A stretch of 57,336 nt of DNA from NCBI GenBank assembly GCA_010909165.1, contig VJWM01000334.1, positions 1 to 57,336 on the forward strand. The letters run 5' to 3'. The position numbers and the translations under genes were made by a program. The notes beneath the pieces were generated by a model. That model was not told the DNA's origin. It saw only the letters and a program-made list of their open reading frames with translations, and did no database searches. This DNA comes from Anthoceros angustus (taxonomy: Eukaryota > Plantae > Anthocerotophyta). Every line of letters begins with the position of its first letter. Position 1 is the stretch's first letter. Of the stretch, positions 24,560 to 36,899 are shown piece after piece.

Positions 24560-25260
24560 GCTGCGTTGGAGGCGTTGACCACTTACATGAGCTTACTAAA
24601 GCTACCTACATATGTGAATGCGAGAGGAAGGGGAGTGGTGGAGTGACTTCGAGAAGGACCAAAGTGAGATCGCAACTATTGTTGACAACAACATTGGACT
24701 TGTCTGCTTGAGGCAGTGGAAGTAGTACGATGGGACATATTTGCCGAATTACTAGTCCCCGGTGCACGTGCGGAAGAAGCGATTACGGGCGAAGCATTAC
24801 TCCGACAAGTACCTCAGAGAGACATGTATTTGGGAGGTCACAAGAGTACACAACGACGTCAAGAGGAGGTTGAAAGGATGAATGGGGATATCATGGAGAT
24901 CCAGAAGGGCATGTTTCTTGTAACTCCTTGCGAGGGGACACTCTGGCCACCGCCATTACGGATTGCAAAGGTTATTAGTGTCCACCTAAATGCTGACCCT
25001 TATTTACGTGTGCATTGGTGGAGAGCGAGCACCGGAGATCTCGAGGGAAGTATGTGGGAGAATATGTTTGCGGAGCAGATGACAACAATGCACAACCATC
25101 AAAAAGTCGGTAAAGTCTCAAGACCTCTTAATATCCAAAGCGGTCTTTTGGAAAACCGTTATCGTCTATTATGGCTTCAAGTTGAACTCGAGAAACATCT
25201 ATGCGGATAAGAAAGCAATCGAGGAGAAGTTGGGTGCCCTTAGTCCCCATACGCAACCAC
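24560..25260 (+). pseudogene. 3' fragment of a second, diverged DUF7869-type transposase
   Basis: EWWSDFEK, KGMFLV...PPLRIAKVISVHLNADPYLRVHWWR and FKLNSRNIYADKKAIEEKL align by eye with WMEYERE, GMMLAM...LLGKVVAVDHDGVEPIAQVHWWR and FELTSRTLSKDTVEMLKKDL of the 160-2570 gene. Confidence 0.6.
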
Positions 25261-27418
25261 ACTCGATGTACAAGATGATAGCGATGATGATGGTGGCGTG
25301 GCGTTCCATGTCAGCAAGGTTTAGAGTGCGAGGAGTAATGGTGAGGTGCCATTGGTGTGGTGGTGCAGGGATCATAGGTGTTCAAATCTCCATAGGATGG
25401 GGCCACGCCCCGTACGCCCATGTATGAGCAGACTCAAATTAGCAATGTTCTATTTTTGCAGAACCCGGTTTGGATGGAAGTACATCTCAAATACCACATT
25501 TTAGAGTTTCCATAGATGGTTTCTAGTAATTTAGGGTGTTAGATAGCAAGCATGCTTTGGTCGGGACATTCTTGTGGTGTTTTATTTGCTCATGCTCACT
25601 CCAGCGTAAGCTGATATCGTAGGCCCGCATGCCATACCAATTAAGGTTTATAATTACATGATCTAAAGAACCCTAGCGGGATTCCGCTCGGCGACGAGGC
25701 CGGACGAGGTTCGCGATGGAAGGATGGATCGTCTATCCGTTTATTTTGAAATTTAGAGTATTTGATCTTCATTCACCCGCAAGCATGGAGTGCGGTATGG
25801 GTATTGTTTATAGGGAAAACGATGGAGGTCGTAAGTCTATGACCATACCTGAAACCTATGTACACAAAGCTATGCTCTTACACCCGAGATTAAGACCCTA
25901 ATTTTGCACCCTTTTTCATGACCGATTGGTCCAACCGCCATTTGAGAGACCATAAATAAGCCGCTTCCCAGTGTATGTACCCTCAAAGCCGCTTCCTGTA
26001 TATTGAGCCCCTTCAAATATTACCGTGTTACCGGTAGAGCTTGTTTGGCAGTTGATGTGGAAAGCGAAACCTTGATGGGAGACTTACGAGTTTGGATGCG
26101 AGAGGGAGGTGTGAAGGAGGTTGATTAAACCCCAAATCAAAGCGAGGTTGTCCCTTACTCTCCTCCTACTCTCAATTACTTCCATGTTCATCCCACCTTC
26201 TGACAGTAGGTTTATGCTTGAGTGTGGCCTGCTGTTGCCTCCGGTGCGCGTTTCTGCTGGAGGTGAGGCGGTTGCAGGGCAATAAATCCAGGAAGGGGCT
26301 TGTTCGTGAGCAAGCGACGGCGTTGCGCAAGGGGCTGACAGCAAGACGACTGGTGGTGCAAGGCACGCTTTCTTTTCCTGCAATCCAGGTGAGTGCATGG
26401 GAGTTGCACACATGACATGTTGCAATTGCCTTTTCCTCCACCACTTTATGTCTACCGACTACTCGACCGGTGGTTGGCCATCCCTAGTTGCTATTGGTAG
26501 CATGGCATCGCTTGGCATGATATGGCGGAGGTCTTCTTGAGCCCTTATCCTTTGCCACCCGAGGCGAGGCTTCTGCGCCATGTGCTTTTCATGTGTTGGG
26601 TGTTCATGCTTTGGAGGTTGCCGTTTGGATAATGAGGACGAGGTGGTTACGGATAGTCCCCCCTCCCGTGAGGCGGATATCAAGCAAAGAGGGCCGGGAG
26701 GAGGTCCTCGGCCGGTGTGGCGTGTGTTAGCAAGAGGGAGAATCCTCCAGATGGAAACCACCGCGTTGGTGCTTTTTTCATCCCCAAGCGGTAACTTGGT
26801 TTTGAAGGAGGTGGGGATCCAGGGTTCTTGTGCGAGCACGGAGGGGTGGACACCTTCTCCAAGAACCCGTGGTGAGGAACATGAGATGTCTCGTGACCTG
26901 AGATGGTGGGAGGAGGGCCGGCGAGGAACCTTCTGACCTTGGGCCCTACCTCGCGGTGAAGGCTGAAAATCGGGAGCTTCGAGGGAGGAGAAGGAGGTCA
27001 AGATGCGGTGGTGCAGGCGTGACGGAGGGCTGGCCCTTGTGATGGCGGCGAGCTGCTGCAAAGCAGCGGCGGAAGGAGCTTAGTGAGGCGAGCCCACGGT
27101 GATCATTTTGCCACCAGGCATCTTTGCGGTTTTCCTCCTCTGGATGCCTTTGTATGCTTGCGCCATTGGTCTTGTGTATGATTGCTGACAAGTGCATTGG
27201 TGTATGCAGATCACTGTGTTCAGGAAGGGGAGGTGTACAGCGTAGATTAGGATTTTCGGATAAGTTTTGGGTAGGCACATGAGACAAGATAAAGCTTTCC
27301 TTTTGTTCACATAGGAACTTTCTAAGTTATGTGGGGCTGAGTTGAGGGTGAGCTCAAGGAGCTCCATGGACGGTTATGTTCACGTCTCTCGGATTGTGTG
27401 TGAGGTTAAGCTTGGGAT

Positions 27419-30400
27419 TGTTGGATAATATTAATTATTAGTTAAGCTACATTGAATATACCTAGGGCACTCTTTGGTAAGCCCTAGAAGCTAGTTAGTT
27501 ATTATAACCGTTTTCACAGGACATGGATATATGTTCCTTGTACCCCTTTCTTGTTATTAAGACGATTTGCTCTCAATGCTGTGCGTGTTTTCTGATTCTG
27601 CTGTGAACCTATAAACGGAACATGGTATCAGAGCCCTGTGTCTCGATTGTTTGATCTCTGCCATGAATCGGCAGCTTGTTCTCCAGTCCATCTAGTAACT
27701 ACAATGGCATTCTGCCATAACCCTAGTGACTAGATAAAAATGCCTCATGAGCAAGTCTGCGAGCAACAGACGAGTTTGAGAAAGGAAGTCACATCAAAAC
27801 ACGAGCCGATTTTGAGAAACTTTACTATAAAGCGACATCTGCTGGCGACAGAGGAGAGCTCGGTTTCTTGGCGCGTTTCTTTATTCTCAGACATCTGCAG
27901 CAAACAACCGATCATCTAATTGGATCTGACGTGTTATTTAAATCACGGGCTAGTACTTCACGCAAAGCCCACGTCGAGCTTTCACACAACATCAGGCAAT
28001 TCTTAATTCAATTCTGAACATTAAAAGCACAGTCTTGGAATATACATCAAGAATTGATACCATCGGATCGAGCAAGGCGATTAGAAAAGCTGCGTATTTC
28101 ACGATGACTATGTGTGGCGAAGTGACATTGCGACCTCAAGGATCGGTGGCTCGATTATGACACCTAATTGATCGCTTCTTAACTCGCAGGCATCATGTCA
28201 GGCTCTACTAATCGACACGAGTTCGAGATAGGTTGCAAGAGAAGGGAATCCAAATAATTTTGATGAGGTTTGAGTGCGGTGCATCCTAGAGGAAAAGCTC
28301 TATGGAGGTGGGTTGATGGAGTGCACCAAGAGGGTGTGAGGCCTAGCCATACGGAACACATACACCAAATGGGGTGAACTATGTACCTTGGACAATGAAA
28401 GATGAGCTAGAATGGAAGTATAAGGACAGGAAGGCACGTACCATTCTCGTTGCCTCATCTCGGAGATGATACCTCATATAAGATTGGCCTTGATCCTCAA
28501 AGCGAATGCAGTGGTGCTATCGAAACCTATGATTCAAAGGATATGGTGGCGAAGCTGCAACCTGCAATATCGGACACTCATGAAGGAGTGCTCTGTTGAG
28601 AGTCATGTAGCCAAGTTTCGAGCACATGAGCCAAGCTTGCATCCTGCGAGTGATCATTTGAATCTAGGGCAGCATCAGCTGTTGCTCTCTCTTCCATCCG
28701 ACTATGAACACTTTAGCTCTAGCTTGCGGACATCAATTTGTATCCATACACCCGACCACTACTCCTGCCTCATCAAACCTAACTGTCCAGAAAGTTGTAG
28801 GAGCCCTTCTTTAGTTTGAGCCAATCGAAAACAAATGAAGGAGGTTCTACCATACATATGTTTCACAACAGTGATCTGACCCTTTACACCAATAGAGGTG
28901 GGGGTTTTGGCAGAGGTAGGAGCCGAGGTAGAGGTAGAGGAAGTTTCGGCAGAGGTAGAGGTCATACGTCCTTTAATTCTCAGCCCAACTCAAACTCTTC
29001 ATCAACCTCAAAACCAGGAAATTGTAACTACTGCGGCAAGCCAGGACATTGGATTAAAGATTGTCGTAAGAGGATTAAGGATGACAACTCTAAAGGAAAG
29101 CATATTAATGCTGAAGTCCATAATGCAAGAACGTCTACCCCAGGGCTGTTGGTTGCATGCCTAACCTCTTGAAGGGCGCAGTGGTATCCGGTGCCTCGAA
29201 TCATATGTGTTCGGAAGAAAATCTTTCATCTCTTATGTGCCATCTTCTACTTGTCATCAAACAATTAGTGTTGGGTGACAATTCAACTATACCAATTAAG
29301 GGTTGGGCACCATTGAGGTTACCTGCGGGATGGTAGTTTCCTCTTTGGAGAATGCACTTCATGTTCCGGAATTGCTAAGAACCTGGTGAGCACAATGGCG
29401 CTTGGGAAGACAAACCAATATCGGATTACCTTCGAAGGAGTTGAATGCACAATTTCGGACTCCGCACCAACTTTTCCCATAGCTCGTGGAAAACCTCAGT
29501 TTGATCTCTATCTTGGAAGGATCGCCTCGGCTCAATCGGCGGCACAAAGATGTTACTCGCAATCTTCCAATGCCTTCAAATGGCATTGTAGACTTATCCT
29601 AATATTAAGGCCATGAGGAGATTCGAAAAGAAAATGGTAAGCTGGTTTTCGAAAGTGATTACGACCTTGACTTATGCGTGGCATGTGTGCATGGAAAGCA
29701 GTTCAAGTCCCACTTTGGGAGTGGAAATCCACAAGGCGGCAGCTCTCCACGGACCTCGTCCATCTGAGACATCTGTGGGCCTATATGCAGTGAGCTCATG
29801 GGGAGGTGCGATACTTTGTTGTATTTGAAGATGATAAGTCCCACTTCAACATCAGGCTGCTGCGTCGGAAAAGTCAAGTGTTTGTGATTTCAAGCGCTAT
29901 TTAGCCTATCTTTGAGAGGCAAAGGGACATAAGCTTAAATGCATCGGATCGGATAATGGAAGAGTACCATCTAATGCATTCGGGAATATTGTCGAGAGGG
30001 GATAACGGACAACTCACAATCCCATACCATTCGAGGTTACTTTGCGGGATGGTAGTTTCTACTGCTTTGGAGAATGCACTTCATGTGCAATCGCTAAGAA
30101 CTTGATCACAATGGCGCTTGGGAAGACAAATGTCGGATTACCTTGAAGGGTGGAATGCACGATCTCGGACTCGCACTGCAATTTTCCCATAGCTCGTGGA
30201 AAACCTCGGTTTGATCTCTATCTTATGGAACCGCCTCGCTCCAATCGGCCGGCACAAAGATGTTACTCGACAATCAATGCCTTCAAATGGCATTGTAGAC
30301 TTGGCCACCCTAATATTAAGGCCATGAGGAGATTGCTGAAAGAGAAAATGGTAACTGGTTTTTCAGAAAGTGACTTACCTGACCTTGAATTGTGCGTGGC

Positions 30401-33400
30401 ATGTGTGCATGGGAAACAGTTTAAGTCCCACTTTGGGAGTGGACATCCACGCAAGGCGACAGCTCTCCTGGACCTCGTCCATACAGACATCTGTGGGCCT
30501 ATGTCTGTGAGCTCCTGGGGAGGTGCACGATACTTTGTCGTATTTGAAGATGATAAGTCACACTTCACTGTCACAGAGCTGCTGCGTCAGAAAAGCCAAG
30601 TCTTTGACAGTTTCAAGCGCTATTTAGCCTATGCTGAGAGGCAAACTGGACACAAGCTTAAATGCATCAGATCAGATAATGGAAAAGAGTACCTGTCTAA
30701 TGCATTCCAGGAATACTGTCAGGAGAGGGGGATAACCAGACAACTCACAATTCCATATCATTCTGATATGAATGGTCGTGCCGAAAGGAGACATAGAACC
30801 ATACAGGATGCTGCAAGATCTCTGCTCTACCAGGGGAGGCTATCTATACGCTTCTGGGCAGAAGCTGTACAAGTTGCTACATACCTCCAGAATAGGTCAG
30901 TAGTTTCCTCACTGCAAGGCAGTACACCCTTTGAGTCATGGACAGGTAGTAAACCAGACCTGTCTCATCTTAGAGTCTTTGGTAGCCAGTGCTCATATCC
31001 ACGATCGATTGCGTAAGTTTTCATTCAAGTCAAGAGACACATTTTCATTGGGTATCTGCGGGCATTCATGGATAAATTGTTTGAACTGTTTCTAGGAGAG
31101 TCGTTCATTCTAGAACTGTAGCCTTTGATGAACGTCCTATCCTTCTTCCTCCCACTCATTCCTTTGATGATTTTCTTGACCAAGAGACAGTTGAACTTGA
31201 GCAGCTTGATTCTGCAGGGGAGGATTCCACTGACATCGTTAGTTTCCCGGACTCAGATCCTTCCGATCCAGTGGATATAGGTCCTGGTCCTGCCTTGCTG
31301 CCATTACATCCTTTGTTACCTCCTGATGATCACGGTCTCCCCCAGATGAAGGTTCGACCGTCTTCGATTTCAACATATCGATCCTCCTCCACCACCAAGT
31401 CAGGGTCACACTGATAATGAGGACGATCCACCAGCAGCTGTTCCAAGATACCCAGATCTTCACGATGGAGCTGGTTAACGATCCAGTGGAGTATGTTATA
31501 CCGATTCGACGATTACCTCGGCGTTCTACCCGGAAGACCTCGACCCGATGGCGAGAACCTCCTTATCGTAGTGAAGATTTGGAAGGTACCCGTCCATGGG
31601 TGCACTGATGAAGTTGTTGTGGACATGGTGAATATCATTATCAACCACGGACATGAGCCGTCCACATATCGAGGAAGCTATCTGGACGGATGCTAAGCAT
31701 TGGAAGCGACAATACAATCGAATATGACTCCCTCATACAGAACAAGACATGGGAGCTATGCCCACCGCCTGCGGGGAGGAAGATTGTTACCTCAAAGTGG
31801 GTCTTCAAATTGAAATACAAGGCGCGGTAGCATAGCGGTATAAGGCTAGACTTGTCGCGTGGGTTTTCTCAAGTCCCGGTTTAGATTATCATGACACTTT
31901 CTCTCATTGTCAAGTCACGGTCCTTAGAGTCTTGTTTGCCATATGGCGTTTTCTCTTCACATCCATCGGATGGACGTTAAAGCGCCTTTCTACGGCAAAC
32001 TAGAGGAGGAGATATTCATGCAACAACTTTGAGGGTTGAGCTTACGGCGGTGAGGAGTGGGTGTATGTAAAGCGAAAACCATTTCACTTAAGCGAGTCCT
32101 CGTGCTTGGTAGTGCATAGATGAGTTCGATAGGGTTAGGCTTCTTGAAAAGCTCCGATACCAATGTTTACCTCGCAGAGAAAGGTGGTTTTGTCATTTTG
32201 GCACTCTATGTAGATGATTGCATTCTACTTGGTACACACTTGGAAGGATTACCCGAGTGAAGGGTCATTGTCACGGCGAGTTCGATATGGTAGATGTGGG
32301 TGAACTTTCCTATTGTTTGGGAACCCGGCTTCAAAGAGATCACGCCGGTGGAACTTTGTCCGATTGCATCGGAAAAGTACATCTATGACATGCTTCACAA
32401 ATACAATCTAGAGGCTAAGGCGCCTTACTCCCCTTGAGGCTGCAAGTTGTCGATGCCAGTCTCCATAGGCAGTCAAGATAGGCTTGAGATGGAGGCGCCC
32501 CTATGTCATGGATTGGCTCTCTCATATTACCTTTCGAATCACTCGTCCGGATGTTTCTTTCGCGTAAGTATGGTTTCTCGATGCTCGAAAGAGCCGGAAG
32601 AGCTCCTGATCGACACAGCGAATACTTAGGTACCTCAAGGGGACTAGCGGACCACGGCATCCACTATACAGAGAGCACATAATGGAGAAGAACTTACCTT
32701 GGTAGGCTCTTGTGGCGGTTGGGCGGCGATCAAGATACCGGAAGGTCGATGTCGCCTTGCTTTCTGTTAGCGATAGTGCGGTGGCGTGTGGTCTTCAAGA
32801 GGACAGATCTCTCTTTCCTCCACCGAAGCAGAGTACTCAGCCCTTACACAAGCAGCTAAAGAGGCCATATGGTTGCGTCGACTCCTAGCAGATATGGGCC
32901 AGGAGCAGCGTACTCCCACTGTCATTTTCTGTGATAACCAGTCTGCCTTGGCTCTAGCACAAAACCCAGTCTTCCATGCCTGAACCAAACACATAGAAGT
33001 ACATCACCACTTCGTGAGGCATGCTGTAGAGACTAAGCAGGTTAAGTTAGAGTATATTCCGACAGAGCAAAATGCGGCAGACATACTTACCAAAGCTTTA
33101 CCTCGTCTGAAACACCATCAGTTTAAGAGGCTTTGGAGTGTTACACCACTTCACATGTCCAACAAGTCCAAAACTAGTAAGGAAGCGAGGAACATGTGAT
33201 GAAACCAAGTTCGAGGGTAACCACCTTCTAAGTCCTACCTATGGTAACCAGCCTATGATGATCCTTCGTCTTGAGGTAGAAGGAGGCAGACTTAGACGTT
33301 TTGTCCAATTTCAGCAGTTCTACAAAATTAGGATCAAAGTCCGCCGTCCTTGGTCTCGTGTCGGTCCCTTCCATCCGATCGGCCTTGACCTCTTGACCAT

Positions 33401-34441
33401 TCTTGCTCTGGACCTTTGTCGGTACTTGAAGTCGATGCGTGCGAGCGAGACCACATCACACCAAGAGTGGGAAAAACAAGTAAGGCAGACTGCTCACCAT
33501 AGTAAGAAATAAAATTTCCGTCATGTCCTCCCCATCTCCACCAGTTCTGTCTGAACATCATAATCTTAGTGGCAGGGCATATGTAGACCTCAGGAGTGCC
33601 AGGATCATCAACACCGTCACCATTTGTGACCACCCTCCTTCTTTGATAAAGGTGGCCTGTGGGCAGTTTGTACTCTCTCGCTTTGAAGTCCTCGGGCAGC
33701 ACAACCTTGTCAAGTCCTTCAGTTGGTGTCTCCGTCCTTGTTTTCCCGTAGTTGAAGGACCGAGTGCTGAACGGGATGTAGATGCGGACTTCCTTAGGTC
33801 AGCCAGGTCCTTGGTCAGCTTCTCTTCCCTTGCCTTAGCTTTAGCTAGCAACCCTTGCCGATATCTGGCGCCACCTCTGTCGGCACTCTCCAAAGTTTGC
33901 CTTGAGTGTCTCAGGACATGGCGGCGGATCACTCCCAGTGCAAAGCCTCATCTCTCCTTTGCACTCGGGTGATTCTATAGCTGGAGGCGTCCCGAGGGGC
34001 AAGTGCAGGTGGCGGCGGGCATTTGCGGCAACATCAGTCAGCGCATGGCTCTCGATTACATCAGAAGTCTATGGGTCTTACGAGCCAAGCCATTTAAAAT
34101 TTGAGAGCCTGGCGGGCGTGTGTGGAGTGGGTGTTGAGGCGAGGCATCACGAGCAGTACATCTTACAAGTTTCGGAACTTGTTTGGCTTATACCTTTGGG
34201 GACCTCGTGGTTATGGTCGTATATCCAATGAGAGGGTGTTGGATAATGTGTAATTATTAGTTAAGCTACATTGAATATACCTAGGGCACTCTTTGGTAAA
34301 CCCTAGAAGCTAGTTAGTTATTATAACCGTTTTCACGGGACATGGATATATGTTCCTTGTACCCCTTTCTTGTTATTAGGACGATTTGCTCTCAATGCTG
34401 TGCGTGTTTTCTGATTCTGCTGTGAACCTATAAACGGAACA
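27419..34441 (+). mobile_element. Copia element D: full-length Ty1/copia
   Basis: LTRs at 27419-27622 and 34237-34441 (TG...CA, about 5 differences). TSD GGGAT (27414-27418, 34442-34446). PBS TGGTATCAGAGC at 27623-27634. PPT GAGAGGG just before 34237. Confidence 0.95.
28240..33170 (+). pseudogene. Element D gag-pol (frameshifted, with an internal duplication)
   Basis: Zinc knuckle CNYCGKPGHWIKDC (about 29020-29065); clean 288-aa integrase ORF 30150-31016 (WHCRLGH, CVACVHGKQ, VHTDICGP, IRSDNGKEY, NGRAER); RT at about 31700-32600; RNase H SSTEAEYSAL...HIEVHHHF...ADILTK at 32786-33170. Confidence 0.9.
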
Positions 34442-35139
34442 GGGATGTTTGGGTCACCATGCATTCGATACTTATACATCATATGAAATTAGGCAGGTTG
34501 CTTATCGAGACGGGCAGATCGTGCGTGGTGAAGGCGATTTTACAAAGTGGATAATTAAGCCTTTACGAAGGCAAGAGGAGGAGCCGTGGCGCGGACGTCC
34601 GGTGCCCGCAGCGATTCTGGAAACGGATATTACTTCCCTTGCTCTTTGCGTTTTCTATTCCATACGATTCCGAGTGTGTACATGTGGATATGTTGGTTTG
34701 AAATAACTAGGATATTTATACTCAAATCCGAGTCGGTTCCTTGGAACACGATTTTTTTTAAATAGCATTGGCAGCGTGTACAGCTTGCCTGAACCAATGT
34801 ATAAAATAGCCTTCAGTCATTATTGTTGGTCAAGGGCGGGGTTTGCAACGAGGCATATATTGAGTACTAACGCTACAAATGTGCCGATTAAAATAAATTG
34901 CCCGATGTGGCTGGATTTCGATAAAAAAAACAGCGAAATAGGCTCTTTTTTTTCAAACCAGGTTCAATCCCAAGCAACTTCGAGCAGGATCCGTTGGCAT
35001 GAGGAACCAGTAGAAGGTGCTTTTCACAAAGGTGGGCCCACTGAAGAGTGTGTTTTTGGGTCTTGTTTGGGGGCAAACCCTTAAAAGAGGGTTTCGTTTT
35101 CATTTTAGAGCTCACAGTTGGCCTAAACGACCTCGGTCT

Positions 35140-35735
35140 CTAAAAAGTGGAGCCTGTCTCTACTTCTTAGGAGACCTTGTTTTGGAATATAGCAAAAAAG
35201 TGCACTATGATGTGTTGCACAGTGACATTCCAACCAACGTATTTGTTGGAAACTGCCCGGTGGACATGTATGCAAAATGTATGCACGCCAGATTGTTGAC
35301 CGCAAAGGATGTGGTGACATGGAACGCCATGATATATGGGTATGCAAATTGCGTTGAAATGTCGTCCCAAAGCACGGTGTCTCCCTACACCAATAACGGC
35401 GCAAACACCAGCAGCTAGCGTCCTAGCTAATAAGCACAAAGGTGGGCCCAGAAGAGTGTGTTTTTGGGTCTTGTTTGAGGCAAACCCTTAAAGAGGTTTC
35501 GTTTTCATTTTAGAGCTCACAGTTGGCCTAAAAGCGACCTCGGTCTCTAAAAGTGGAGCTGTCTCTACTTCTTAGGAGACCTTGTTTTGGAATATAGCAA
35601 AAAGTGCACTATGATGTGTTGCCAGTGACATTCAACCAAGCGTTTGTTGGAAGCGCGGACATGTGCAAAATGTATGCCCAGTTGTTGACATAAAGGATGT
35701 GGTGACATGGAACGCCATGATATATGGGTATGCAA
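35140..35735 (+). pseudogene. PLS-class pentatricopeptide repeat (PPR) gene fragment, in two copies within a tandem duplication
   Basis: LGDLVLEYSKKVHYDVLHSDIPTNVFVGNCPVDMYAKC...KDVVTWNAMIYGYA matches PPR L/S/P motif consensus. Confidence 0.75.
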
Positions 35736-35964
35736 ATTGCGTTGAAATGTCGTCCCAAAGCACAGCGGTGTCTCCCTACACCAATAACAGCGCAAACACC
35801 AGCAGCTACAAGCGTCCTAGCTAATAAGCACAAAGTCCCAGTGGTCCGATACCCGAGTACTCGGGACATTGACAAAAAACTTCAGGATTAGCTCTGCAGC
35901 GCATCCTAAGGCAAGATGACAATCCACAACCACATCCAGGACACAAGGCCAGCAGATTGTTATA
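35731..35964 (-). repeat. Putative 3' LTR of gypsy element G
   Basis: Follows the polypurine tract AGGGGTGTGTGGGGG (minus strand, 35979-35965) downstream of the integrase ORF. The PPR reading frame stops exactly where TGCAAATTG begins (35731). No partner LTR was seen. Confidence 0.5.
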
Positions 35965-36002
35965 CCCCCACACACCCCTTGATTTCGTAGCTATCCACGA
36001 GA

Positions 36003-36896
36003 TCAAGAGGTGGGAGACCTGGATCTATGGGTGCAAGCTGAGCAAAACCACAGATCTTTGGGCACCTCTAGTAATTCAGGGGTCAGGCAGAAAAGATGGA
36101 AACCAGCATTGCAGCCGTCACACAACAACATTTTGTCAGCATCATCAATTCGGCTACACACCTTGCATGGCAAATCAACACGTGGGATCCAGTTGGCGGT
36201 GACAATGTTGGGGTCGAGGTTGGGTAGATGACATGGAGCACAGTTTTTGGGTTCATTGTTGTTCTCCATCTTGTCCTTCAAGACGAGAACATTGGGGTGG
36301 ATGATACGTACTCGAAGGATCGACCTTCTGCCGGTGGCTCGAGGTGTCGACTTCTGGCTGACTGAATAGACATAGTCCCCTTCCTCAAACTTGCATGCCT
36401 TGGGCTTATAGCTGCCCCCGTGCACGTATGCATATCGCAGAGAATCCCGATGCTGTGCAATTCTAAGATTTTGCATAGCCATCGGCATGATCCTTTGAAA
36501 CAAAGCTGCCCTGTCTGAAATCACCTTGGCCCACACCCCTGGATCATCAAGCTCAACTGGCTCCTTTATCGTAGCAGCGATTGCAACTGGTGGGAGTGGA
36601 TGGCGTCCGAACAACAGGAAGTATGGTGAAAAACTATCGAGACTTGCCTGGTTGGACATCCGATACCCCATAGCTAGGTAGGGGAGGAACAGATCCCAAT
36701 CTTGCTTGTGCTGGCCTGTACACACCTTTCGCAATGCTATCTTCACAGTCTGGACCATTCGTTCAGCTAGCCCATCGGCTTGAGGGTGGTCCCGAGATTT
36801 TCGTCGGCGATCAATGAGTGCGCTAACCAGCAGATCCTGAAAAGCTCCTCTGAATTCAGTGACTTGGTTTGTCAGACACTCAGCACATGCACCAAA
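36003..36896 (-). CDS. Gypsy integrase core/C-terminus fused to a PHD finger
   Basis: FGACAECLT..., HPQADGLAERMVQTVK, SPYFLLFGRHP, FEEGDYVY, then the C4HC3 motif CKVC...MLLCDGC...FHLFCL...WFCSAC (about 36170-36020). Confidence 0.9.
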   Translation of the reverse strand, partial: FGACAECLTNQVTEFRGAFQDLLVSALIDRRRKSRDHPQADGLAERMVQTVKIALRKVCTGQHKQDWDLFLPYLAMGYRMSNQASLDSFSPYFLLFGRHPLPPVAIAATIKEPVELDDPGVWAKVISDRAALFQRIMPMAMQNLRIAQHRDSLRYAYVHGGSYKPKACKFEEGDYVYSVSQKSTPRATGRRSILRVRIIHPNVLVLKDKMENNNEPKNCAPCHLPNLDPNIVTANWIPRVDLPCKVCSRIDDADKMLLCDGCNAGFHLFCLTPELLEVPKDLWFCSACTHRSRSPTS

Positions 36897-36899
36897 CAC

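Noticed and set aside
25985-26070. TGRACLAVDVE read as an MTase motif II (third MTase copy)
   Set aside because: No preceding motif I is present, and the homologous segment in copy 1 lies outside the region alignable to the MTase of copy 2.
27300-27418. Possible LINE ORF1 (SRIVCEVKL) interrupted by element D
   Set aside because: The similarity is too short, and the sequence after the TSD does not continue into a recognisable zinc knuckle.
33334-33932. Calling the 3' ORFs env genes
   Set aside because: They are antisense and short, with no recognisable envelope features beyond hydrophobic stretches.
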